Assembly: GCA_002746975.1 (NCBI GenBank)
Contig: NVXE01000001.1
Coordinates: forward strand, 44,013-108,012
Origin: Bacteroidota bacterium
GTDB taxonomy: Bacteria; Bacteroidota; Bacteroidia; Flavobacteriales_D; Sanyastnellaceae
Direction: 5' to 3'
DNA length: 64,000 nucleotides
This document shows positions 10,450 to 18,425 of the stretch, piece by piece. Under the pieces are notes generated by a model. The model was given only the letters and a program-made list of their open reading frames with translations. It was not told where the DNA came from and ran no database searches. Numbering within the stretch: position 1 is the stretch's first letter; every line of letters starts with the position of its first letter. Made by a program: the position numbers and the translations under genes.

Positions 10450-11619
10450 ATGAAATTGCATACTTTAGAAAAAATAAAAAAAGAACACAGAGCATTAATC
10501 ACTAGTGTAAATACCCCAGAGAATAAATCCAATGGCATCCATCAGAGATATAAAAATCCGGTTATAACTGCTGAACATACCCCAATACATTGGCGGTACG
10601 ACTTAAATGCCGCCAGCAATCCATACGAAATGGAGCGCATAGGTATAAACGCCGCATTTAACGCTGGGGCAATTAAATGGAATGATTCTTATGTCCTATG
10701 TGTTAGAGTAGAGGGTAATGACAGAAAATCCTTTTTTGCCATCGCAGAAAGCCCTAATGGCGTTGATAATTTTAAGTTTTGGGACAAACCTTGTGTCATC
10801 CCTCAAATTGATGGAAACCCGGATACCAATGTATATGACATGCGTTTTACCAAACACGAAGATGGTTGGATTTATGGTATTTTTTGTACGGAACGAAAAG
10901 ACCCTAATGCCTTGGCGAGTGACACCAGTTCCGCCATAGCTAATGCTGGAATTGTGAGAACGAAAGACTTACTAAATTTTGAGCGGCTACCAGATCTTAT
11001 ATCCAAAACTGGGCAGCAACGAAATGTAGTGCTACATCCAGAATTTGTTGACGGAAAATATGCGCTATACACACGTCCCCAAGATGGCTTTATTAGTGTC
11101 GGTGGAGGGGGTGGTGTTGGCCTTGGCTATGTTGATGACATGACCAATCCTCTCGTAAATAATGAAAAAATTATAAGTGATAAAGTGTACCATACCATTT
11201 ATGAACTTAAAAATGGTTTGGGACCAGCACCTATTAAAACCAGTAAAGGATGGTTGCATCTTGCACATGGCGTTAGAAATACGGCTGCCGGACTACGCTA
11301 TACGCTGTATATGTTCATGACTGATTTGGATGATATATCCAAAGTAACACATCAACCAGCTGGGCATTTTATGGCTCCTATTAATGAGGAAAGAATTGGG
11401 GATGTTTCTAACGTATTGTTTACAAATGGCTGGATAGCAGATAAAGATGGTACTGTATATATCTATTATGCATCATCAGATACACGCATGCACGTTGCCG
11501 TGTCTTCAATTGAACGATTAGTAGATTATGTGACGCATTCTCCTGAAGACACTTTTACATCTGCAGGTTCTGTCCAAACAATAATTAATCTTATAGAAAA
11601 GAATAAGGGATTGTATTAA
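10450..11619 (+). CDS. GH130 4-O-beta-D-mannosyl-D-glucose phosphorylase
   Basis: 389 aa with strongly conserved GH130 blocks (HTPIHWRYDLN, MERIGINAAFNAGAIKW, RVEGNDRKSFFAIAESPNG, QQRNVVLHPEFVDGKYALYTRPQDGF, ASSDTRMHVA). These match the characterised Bacteroides-type mannosylglucose phosphorylase as I recall it. Confidence 0.88.
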   Translation: MKLHTLEKIKKEHRALITSVNTPENKSNGIHQRYKNPVITAEHTPIHWRYDLNAASNPYEMERIGINAAFNAGAIKWNDSYVLCVRVEGNDRKSFFAIAESPNGVDNFKFWDKPCVIPQIDGNPDTNVYDMRFTKHEDGWIYGIFCTERKDPNALASDTSSAIANAGIVRTKDLLNFERLPDLISKTGQQRNVVLHPEFVDGKYALYTRPQDGFISVGGGGGVGLGYVDDMTNPLVNNEKIISDKVYHTIYELKNGLGPAPIKTSKGWLHLAHGVRNTAAGLRYTLYMFMTDLDDISKVTHQPAGHFMAPINEERIGDVSNVLFTNGWIADKDGTVYIYYASSDTRMHVAVSSIERLVDYVTHSPEDTFTSAGSVQTIINLIEKNKGLY

Positions 11620-12803
11620 TGAAGAATGCTTATGAAAACCTAAAATCTGAACTCGGGCTAGAACTCACAAACATTCTATCCTATTGGTCCAAATACTCAT
11701 TGGATCATAAGTATGGCGGATTTATTGGCAAAAGAAATCATTGTAATGTACTAGTTGATAAAGCGACTAAGGGTATAATTCTAAATACAAGAATTCTTTG
11801 GTCCTATTCAGCAGCATCAAATCATCTTAAAACAGATAGCTATAAAACTGAGTGTGACAGGGCATATAATTATCTCAAGACTTTTTTTAGGGACAAAACC
11901 CATAAAGGAGTTTATTGGGAATTAGATTACACAGGACAGCCCATTAATAAAAGAAAACAGGTATATGCGCAATCTTTTACTATTTATGCCCTATCAGAAT
12001 ATTATATGTTTAGCAAAAATGAAAAAGCAAAAACATGGGCAATAGAGCTCTTTGAGCTATTGGAAAAACACGCAAAGGACCTTGAAAAAAGTGGATATCT
12101 TGAAGCTTTTGATGAAAATTGGAATACTATTAGTGATATGAGGTTAAGTGATAAGGATATGAATGCCGCCAAAACCATGAACACACATTTACATATTCTG
12201 GAGGCCTACACATCCTTATTTACAATTTACAAAAACACAGCTTTAAAGGCTTCATTGCGGTCATTAGTGGAAATGTTTCTTGAAAAATTCCTCACCACTG
12301 AAAACCACTATCACTTATTTTTTGATGAAGATTGGAATTTAAAAAGTGATTCCATTTCCTACGGACATGATATTGAAACTGCTTGGCTACTGATTGAAGC
12401 TGCAAAAGTTTTGAATGATGATGCCTTATTAAAACAAACCCAAGACATTGCTCTTACTGTGGTAAATACGTTTTTAGAAGAAGCTATTGACACTGATGGA
12501 TCAGTTATCAATGAAAAAAATCTAACAAGCAATACAATTGATTATGACAGGCATTGGTGGCCGCAAGTAGAAGCGCTAATTGGTCTTCATTATGCATTCA
12601 ATTTAGTACCAAGCCAAAAATATATTGATAGCTCATTGGCTATCTGGAAATACACCAAAAAACATTTGATTGACCATGAAAATGGCGAGTGGCATTTTAG
12701 GGTAGATAGAAATGGAAATGCATATGCAGAAGAGGACAAAGTAAGCATGTGGAAAGCCCCATACCATACCACAAGAGCGTGCATTTTACTTAACAAATGT
12801 TAA
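11619..12803 (+). CDS. N-acylglucosamine 2-epimerase (AGE) family protein, cellobiose/mannobiose 2-epimerase type
   Basis: 394 aa with an (alpha/alpha)6-barrel AGE-like sequence (GGF..., RILWSYS, HWWPQVEA, WKAPYHTTRA). Its ATG overlaps the GH130 stop (TAATG). Confidence 0.82.
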   Translation: MKNAYENLKSELGLELTNILSYWSKYSLDHKYGGFIGKRNHCNVLVDKATKGIILNTRILWSYSAASNHLKTDSYKTECDRAYNYLKTFFRDKTHKGVYWELDYTGQPINKRKQVYAQSFTIYALSEYYMFSKNEKAKTWAIELFELLEKHAKDLEKSGYLEAFDENWNTISDMRLSDKDMNAAKTMNTHLHILEAYTSLFTIYKNTALKASLRSLVEMFLEKFLTTENHYHLFFDEDWNLKSDSISYGHDIETAWLLIEAAKVLNDDALLKQTQDIALTVVNTFLEEAIDTDGSVINEKNLTSNTIDYDRHWWPQVEALIGLHYAFNLVPSQKYIDSSLAIWKYTKKHLIDHENGEWHFRVDRNGNAYAEEDKVSMWKAPYHTTRACILLNKC

Positions 12804-14365
12804 AATTAAAAAACATACTTCTAAATTTTAGGGTTGTGTTTTTTGTGCTTTTAATTGTGGGATGTGGTTCAGATGGGCCAGAATCATCTCCAGAATTGGA
12901 ATCCTTCACCGTAAGTTTATCTACCTCGACCAATTCAGCCATGGAACCCGGAACCAATGGGCATTTTACACTATCATTGAATAAGGCCATGAACAAAGCT
13001 GTATCCATTGATTTTACAATAGGCGGAACTGCTACTAATGGCACTGATTATGAAACAATACTTAACTCGGCCATTATTTCTGCAAATAAAGTAACGGTTA
13101 AAATACCTGTAATTGTTCTATCAGATTCTGAAATGGAAGACTTAGAAACTGTAATCATTACTTTGACTACCATAAATAATGACAATGTAAAAGTAAGCTC
13201 TTCAAATGCTGCCACATTAAATATTGCAGACAAACTTGAATCTAGTTCTTTTCTACCTTCAGAAGCAGCCAGTTTTATGGTAAACCCCAACGCTACTACA
13301 GAAACCATAGCGCTATTTTACAACTTAAAAACACTATCAGAAACTAGTATTGTAGTTGGCCAACAAGATGCTTTTAGCCAGTTTTACCAAGGGCAGGATG
13401 GGGATTCAGATGTTAAAAAAACCACAGGTAGTGATCCTGGACTGCAAGGTTTAGATTTTGTTTTTATGACAGATGACCAATACAACAGAGATCCTTCCAA
13501 TTGGTTTTTTCAACAAGAACAACTGGTCCTTCAAAATGCCATTGAAGCCTATGATAAAGGAATGATAAATACATTTTCTTGGCATCTAAGAGACCCTTAC
13601 AATGGAAAATACTTTTTCGCAGAATTCATGACTCAATTTCAAAGAGAAAATGCCCTTAAAAGTATTCTTCCAGAAGGTGAAAATCATAATTATTATAAAG
13701 CAAAATTAGACAAAGTCGCACAAGTTGCAAATAACCTAATTGGTACTGATGGTAATTTGGTTCCCATAATCTTTAGACCCTTCCATGAATTTGATGGTAG
13801 TTGGTTCTGGTGGGGTGCTTCCTATTGCACACCACAGGAATACAGAGAATTATGGCAATTTACCGTTGAATACCTTAAAGATACTAAAGGAGTAAACAAC
13901 ATCCTTTTCGCATTTGCACCTAATGACAGCTACACTACAAAAACTGGATATTTAAGCAGATACCCTGGAGATAACTATGTAGATATTTTTGGAATGGACA
14001 ATTATAATGACTTTAATAACCAGGGACAAACTGGAGTAGACAGAGCCAATAACAAATTAAAGATTATTTCTGATCTTGCAAAGGAGCGTACCAAAATTGC
14101 TGCTTTGACTGAAACTGGTTATTTTGTTACTCCTGGATCCAACAGCCATATTCCAAATCTTTTTACAGAAAATTTCTACCATGCCATGACCAATGATGAT
14201 GTGGAATTGGGTTTTATGATGTTTTGGAATAATACTGCGGGTACCTATTGTACACCTCCGCCTAGTGAAGCTAATGCAGCTCAAGATTTCAATGAGTTTA
14301 CCAGCGAACCTGGAATCCTATTGCAAGATAAGCTTCCAGACCTATACACCCTACCCCATGATTAA
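12797..14365 (+). CDS. GH26 beta-mannanase with N-terminal Calx-beta-like module, lipoprotein
   Basis: Lipobox LLIVGCGS. Calx-beta-like block (FTIGGTATNGTDYE...VLSDSEMEDLETVIITL). GH26 signature FRPFHEFDGSWFWWG. Confidence 0.85.
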   Translation: MLKLKNILLNFRVVFFVLLIVGCGSDGPESSPELESFTVSLSTSTNSAMEPGTNGHFTLSLNKAMNKAVSIDFTIGGTATNGTDYETILNSAIISANKVTVKIPVIVLSDSEMEDLETVIITLTTINNDNVKVSSSNAATLNIADKLESSSFLPSEAASFMVNPNATTETIALFYNLKTLSETSIVVGQQDAFSQFYQGQDGDSDVKKTTGSDPGLQGLDFVFMTDDQYNRDPSNWFFQQEQLVLQNAIEAYDKGMINTFSWHLRDPYNGKYFFAEFMTQFQRENALKSILPEGENHNYYKAKLDKVAQVANNLIGTDGNLVPIIFRPFHEFDGSWFWWGASYCTPQEYRELWQFTVEYLKDTKGVNNILFAFAPNDSYTTKTGYLSRYPGDNYVDIFGMDNYNDFNNQGQTGVDRANNKLKIISDLAKERTKIAALTETGYFVTPGSNSHIPNLFTENFYHAMTNDDVELGFMMFWNNTAGTYCTPPPSEANAAQDFNEFTSEPGILLQDKLPDLYTLPHD

Positions 14366-14400
14366 CCAAAAGCGCTCATAACATTTGCTCTGATGTTCAC

Positions 14401-14826
14401 TTATTGACCAATATCAGACTTTCCTCCTGTTTTCTTTAACAGCCTTATGTTTTGTATTTCAATTCCTTTATCAATAGGCTTAAGCATGTCATACATATTC
14501 AAGGCTACAACACTAGCACCATGCATCGCCTCTACCTCCACCCCTGTTTTATATATAGTTTTAACAGTAATGAGTACTTTAATTTGCAAATCATTGATTT
14601 CATATGTAATATCTGTAAACTCAATGGGCAATGGGTGACAATCAGGAAGTAGTTCTGGTGTCTTTTTTACTCCCAAAAGACCTGCTGCCTTACTCATGGA
14701 AAACACATCTCCCTTTGGGACCGTTTTGTTCTTGATTGCATCAATTGTTTTTTGTGAACTGACTTGCACAATAGCCTGTGCAACCGCAGTACGTAACGTA
14801 GCTGTTTTATTTGTAATATCTACCAT
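14401..14826 (-). CDS. moaC: Cyclic pyranopterin monophosphate synthase MoaC
   Basis: 141 aa with MoaC blocks (KGDVFSMSKAAGLLGVKKTPELLPDCHPLP, TGVEVEAMHGASVVALNMYDM). Confidence 0.9.
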   Translation of the reverse strand: MVDITNKTATLRTAVAQAIVQVSSQKTIDAIKNKTVPKGDVFSMSKAAGLLGVKKTPELLPDCHPLPIEFTDITYEINDLQIKVLITVKTIYKTGVEVEAMHGASVVALNMYDMLKPIDKGIEIQNIRLLKKTGGKSDIGQ

Positions 14827-14831
14827 CGTTT

Positions 14832-15200
14832 TTAATTTTTTAACCTTGGATTGGGGTAATTATCAGATTGGTCCTCTTCCACCTCATCCAAACAGACAAA
14901 ATCTTTTTCTAAAAGCAACTGAAGTTCCTGTCCATTTTTTAAAACAATGGAATTGTTATACCCTACTCGGTTACTACCAGCCCATACATCCTTTTCCGCA
15001 GATGGCATTAACAATGTAATGGTGTCGCCATTAAATTCAGCATCCAACCCTTCTAAACCTTGTTTAGCCTTTAAAGCATAGGTAAATGTCTTTTCATTAA
15101 ACTGGGTAGTTTCTTGAAAGTACCCGGCTTCACAAAAAACCTCAACTTCTGTTTTAGTAAGCCTATACCTTACAAAATTTCCTTTTATTCTAATTTTCAT
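14832..15200 (-). CDS. Uncharacterised 123-aa protein (no family recognised)
   Basis: ORF 14832..15230. Start set at MKIRIKGNFVRYRL (ATG at 15198-15200), 10 nt after the upstream gene's stop. Tightly packed between the CysG-N gene and moaC. Confidence 0.6.
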   Translation of the reverse strand: MKIRIKGNFVRYRLTKTEVEVFCEAGYFQETTQFNEKTFTYALKAKQGLEGLDAEFNGDTITLLMPSAEKDVWAGSNRVGYNNSIVLKNGQELQLLLEKDFVCLDEVEEDQSDNYPNPRLKN

Positions 15201-15210
15201 ATTTGAAACT

Positions 15211-15795
15211 TTAGTCTTTCTTTTTATCAATCAAACTTTTAGTAACCTTATTTAATGCGGTCACTTTCTCCTCAAAGTCTCCTTTTATGGTCTTTCTATA
15301 TTCATTTAAATTCTTAACCATATCATCAATATTTTCGGGAATAACATCTTCAAAAAATTGACGCAAACGTTTTGCGGTGGTCGGGGATTTTCCATTGGTG
15401 GATATTGCCACTTTCACATTTCCTTTAGTCACAATTCCGCCCATATAAAAATCGCAGAAAGGAGGGTTATCTGCTACGTTTACCAAGATGTTGCTTTCTC
15501 GGCAATCATGGTACACTTTCTCATTAATAGAAACATCATCTGTACAGGCAATGACCATATGTTTTCCTAAAAGATACTTTTTGTCATAGACCTCTTTGAC
15601 AATACTTATATTGGCTGTTTTGGCAAAATCCATGATTTCTTGCATAATTGACAAGGACACTAGTTGCACGTTGGCATCTGGGCTGGACTTTAATAAAAAC
15701 GTTAATTTCTCCAATCCAACATTCCCTCCACCAACAATAAGGACTTTTAACTGAGAAGTTTTTAAAAAAATAGGATATAAATTATTTCTCTCCAT
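15211..15795 (-). CDS. Siroheme synthase N-terminal-domain protein (precorrin-2 dehydrogenase / sirohydrochlorin ferrochelatase)
   Basis: 194 aa with Rossmann motif VLIVGGGNVGLEKL and a CysG-N/SirC-like layout. No methyltransferase domain is present. Confidence 0.83.
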   Translation of the reverse strand: MERNNLYPIFLKTSQLKVLIVGGGNVGLEKLTFLLKSSPDANVQLVSLSIMQEIMDFAKTANISIVKEVYDKKYLLGKHMVIACTDDVSINEKVYHDCRESNILVNVADNPPFCDFYMGGIVTKGNVKVAISTNGKSPTTAKRLRQFFEDVIPENIDDMVKNLNEYRKTIKGDFEEKVTALNKVTKSLIDKKKD

Positions 15796-17326
15796 ATATT
15801 GTTTCTCTTTCTTCTGTTTGATAATTTATGGTAACCCTTGTTCCTTTTCCAAGTTCCGAATTAATAAACAACCTTCCATTAATATACCCTATACGTTCTT
15901 TCATAAAAAAAAGTCCCATACCACCTTCACTATTATTCTTGGGAGATTCTTCAAGGAGAGCGTCATTAAAACCTTTTCCATCATCATCTATCACAATACT
16001 CAATATATTGTCAATAAAATTTATGGTTAATAATATATAATTTGATTCAGCATATTTTATGGCATTATTAACGGCTTCTTGCGATACTCTATAAATATTG
16101 GTCTCCGCCAAAGAATCAAATCGAATGTTTTCATTCGCTTTATTTTCAAATAAAATATTCTTTCCCGTTAATTTAGACAACTCTGATGTCATTTTCTGAA
16201 GCGCAGGAAAAATACCATGATCACTAAGTTCTGGAGGTGTTAGATTAAAAGTGGCTGTACGCACTCCTTTTATAAGATCGGATGTAAGCTGTTTTAGATA
16301 TGCTATTTTTTCAATGGTCCTTTCCTTTTGATCCAAGTTAATCGACTCAATATTAAACTTAAGAGCTGTGAGCATCTGACCTATCCCATCATGAATGTCT
16401 TTTGCTATACGCTTGCGTTCTTCCTCCTGTCCTTCAACAATCTGCCCAGCTTGTGTTTGTTTCCGTTTTAAATCTCCCTCATATTTCTCTTTTCTTAATT
16501 GCTCTACTTTTAGCTGGTTAATTTTACGCTGTGTAATATCAGAACACAGAATAAGAATACTTTGATGAGAATTGGACAAATGCATAGGAACAATGGACAT
16601 ATCCAACCATAAATCATCTCCTTCTTTGGTTTTTATATTGATTTCCTCACTCCTAATGTTTTTCCTTCTAATTTTCAACACATCCCTAAGATATTGTTGT
16701 TGCCCCTCATCGGTAGTCAAAATTTCTGACAAAGGCTTACTCAAATCATCGTCTGTTAGCCCTAAAAGTTCCAAGAATTTTTTGCTGATAAAAACAATCT
16801 TACCATTGCTCTTGGCACTGGCAAAAAGAGCTGCGTTGTCTATTACAAAATTGAGCTCTTTTAAATCTTCTAAAGACTTCTCTTTTTCAGCATACACTTT
16901 TTTAATCTTGGCCGCATTTTTATGCGATTTCTCCTGGTCCTTTACAAGGACTTTCATTGTATTTCTTATGTGGATGGAAAGAGGTCTAAAAATAAAAAAC
17001 AGCAGTAAAATTAAACCTAAAATCGAACATCCAAGTACTATAAACCCTTCAGTCTTTAACCTCAACAACCGCTGATTTGCAAGCTCTTTATGTTCATTTA
17101 AAACATTAGTCAGTTCAGGAAGTGCATTTTTATTCTGCTCAATCTCAGTCCTTATTTCATTCATCATCGCTTCCGAGGCCTTCATTTCAGAATTGATACG
17201 ATATTGCACAAGAGCTTGTCCGATTATTAGCATCAGGGCAACGGCACCCAAACCAATAAGATGCCACTTTCTCATTCTTAAAAAAGCAGTTATATCTAAA
17301 GATTGTCTATACTTATTATTGGTCAT
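15782..17326 (-). CDS. Sensor histidine kinase: 2 TM helices, PAS, HisKA_3, HATPase_c (NarX/NarQ-class dimerisation domain)
   Basis: Two hydrophobic helices flank a periplasmic loop of about 55 aa. A PAS-like segment follows, then the HisKA_3 H-box (ERKRIAKDIHDGIGQMLTAL), N-box (EAVNNAIKYA) and G-box (DDGKGF...GGMGL). The gene overlaps the downstream gene by 14 nt. Confidence 0.85.
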   Translation of the reverse strand: MTNNKYRQSLDITAFLRMRKWHLIGLGAVALMLIIGQALVQYRINSEMKASEAMMNEIRTEIEQNKNALPELTNVLNEHKELANQRLLRLKTEGFIVLGCSILGLILLLFFIFRPLSIHIRNTMKVLVKDQEKSHKNAAKIKKVYAEKEKSLEDLKELNFVIDNAALFASAKSNGKIVFISKKFLELLGLTDDDLSKPLSEILTTDEGQQQYLRDVLKIRRKNIRSEEINIKTKEGDDLWLDMSIVPMHLSNSHQSILILCSDITQRKINQLKVEQLRKEKYEGDLKRKQTQAGQIVEGQEEERKRIAKDIHDGIGQMLTALKFNIESINLDQKERTIEKIAYLKQLTSDLIKGVRTATFNLTPPELSDHGIFPALQKMTSELSKLTGKNILFENKANENIRFDSLAETNIYRVSQEAVNNAIKYAESNYILLTINFIDNILSIVIDDDGKGFNDALLEESPKNNSEGGMGLFFMKERIGYINGRLFINSELGKGTRVTINYQTEERETIYGEK

Positions 17327-17357
17327 AAAACACTATTAATAAGTTAAAGGTAAGACA

Positions 17358-17948
17358 TCAGCCTAAAACGGCCTTAGAAATAAGGGTTAGGGAATATTTT
17401 GATAATGGTAGTTGCAATGCCGCATCTTGACCTTCTTTAGACATTTTACGCCAAGTTTTCTGAACAATGTCTATCATCTTGTCTTCTGCATACTTATGAG
17501 CAAAATCTTCAAAATAAAATTCTAAAAAAACCAAACAGATTACATCTTCCAATGTTTGAGTTTCTAGATTCTTCTTCAGTTGCTTCTTTTGCAATAAAAA
17601 GGCAACTTTATCTATAATCTCCACATCATAACCCACCAACTTTAAAATTTCACCCGCTTTTTGAGCATGGAACTTTTTTAAATCTTGTCGCCATTGTAAA
17701 TAGCCCACTCTGTCCATAGGATATGAATCTCTTGGAATTTCCCAACGACATATATGCTGGCTACGAGCGGTTAACTGCAATACCTCCGAAGCATTGGGAG
17801 CAAAGTCGTTCAACTTTTCAGTCATACGAATGGCATACAGTAACTCTTTGGAATATTCTTGCTCTTTGTAGACTACCTTGTTGGGGTCTTGATTGTTAGC
17901 CTCATCAAATAGCTTGAAAGACTTTATTAACTTTTCAGATGCTACCAT
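17358..17948 (-). CDS. DUF4202-like protein (function unknown)
   Basis: 196 aa, helical. Blocks ARSQHICRWEIPRDSYPMDRVGYLQWR and EDVICLVFLEFYF match what I recall of DUF4202. Confidence 0.65.
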   Translation of the reverse strand: MVASEKLIKSFKLFDEANNQDPNKVVYKEQEYSKELLYAIRMTEKLNDFAPNASEVLQLTARSQHICRWEIPRDSYPMDRVGYLQWRQDLKKFHAQKAGEILKLVGYDVEIIDKVAFLLQKKQLKKNLETQTLEDVICLVFLEFYFEDFAHKYAEDKMIDIVQKTWRKMSKEGQDAALQLPLSKYSLTLISKAVLG

Positions 17949-17969
17949 AAACTTTGGTTTTCATCAAAG

Positions 17970-18347
17970 CTATTCAGAAAAACCTATAAAAACAAAGTCG
18001 TCTTCCACTTTTACTGGATAAGTTGCTATAGCTTCCAAATCACCATTTAAGTTTTCGCCTGTTTCCAATGAAAACGTCTTCTTATGCATGGGACAGGCTA
18101 TTTTTGGAATGCCCTGATAATCACCCAGCATACCCCGGGACAATACCATTTCCATTTTATGCGGACATACATTTTGACATGCATACCACGCATTCTTTCG
18201 TTTGTAGTTAAAAACAGCAATTTGCTTGTCCTTATATTTTACACAAGCGCCTCCATTTTCAGTAAAATCATGTATTGATGCTGCTTTAAACCAAACTTTT
18301 ACATCTCCCTCAGCTGTGGTTTTATATTTTGATAAGATTTCTTCCAT
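17970..18347 (-). CDS. nirD: Nitrite reductase [NAD(P)H] small subunit NirD, Rieske-type
   Basis: 125 aa, immediately downstream of nirB. Both CPH and CPMH ligand motifs are retained. Confidence 0.85.
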   Translation of the reverse strand: MEEILSKYKTTAEGDVKVWFKAASIHDFTENGGACVKYKDKQIAVFNYKRKNAWYACQNVCPHKMEMVLSRGMLGDYQGIPKIACPMHKKTFSLETGENLNGDLEAIATYPVKVEDDFVFIGFSE

Positions 18348-18425
18348 GATTCTTTTGCAATTTTATTTGAGATTTCTCACAATGTTCGAAATGACAATTA
18401 TATACTATCAACTAACGACTTCCTT

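Noticed and set aside
16572-17075. Long antisense ORFs inside real genes. This 167-aa one lies in the kinase. Others include 37156..37551, 44407..44823, 44851..45210, 53457..53765, 61221..61664 and 63394..63999.
   Set aside because: Each lies opposite a gene with strong family motifs and has a biased, motif-free translation. I treat them as shadow ORFs.
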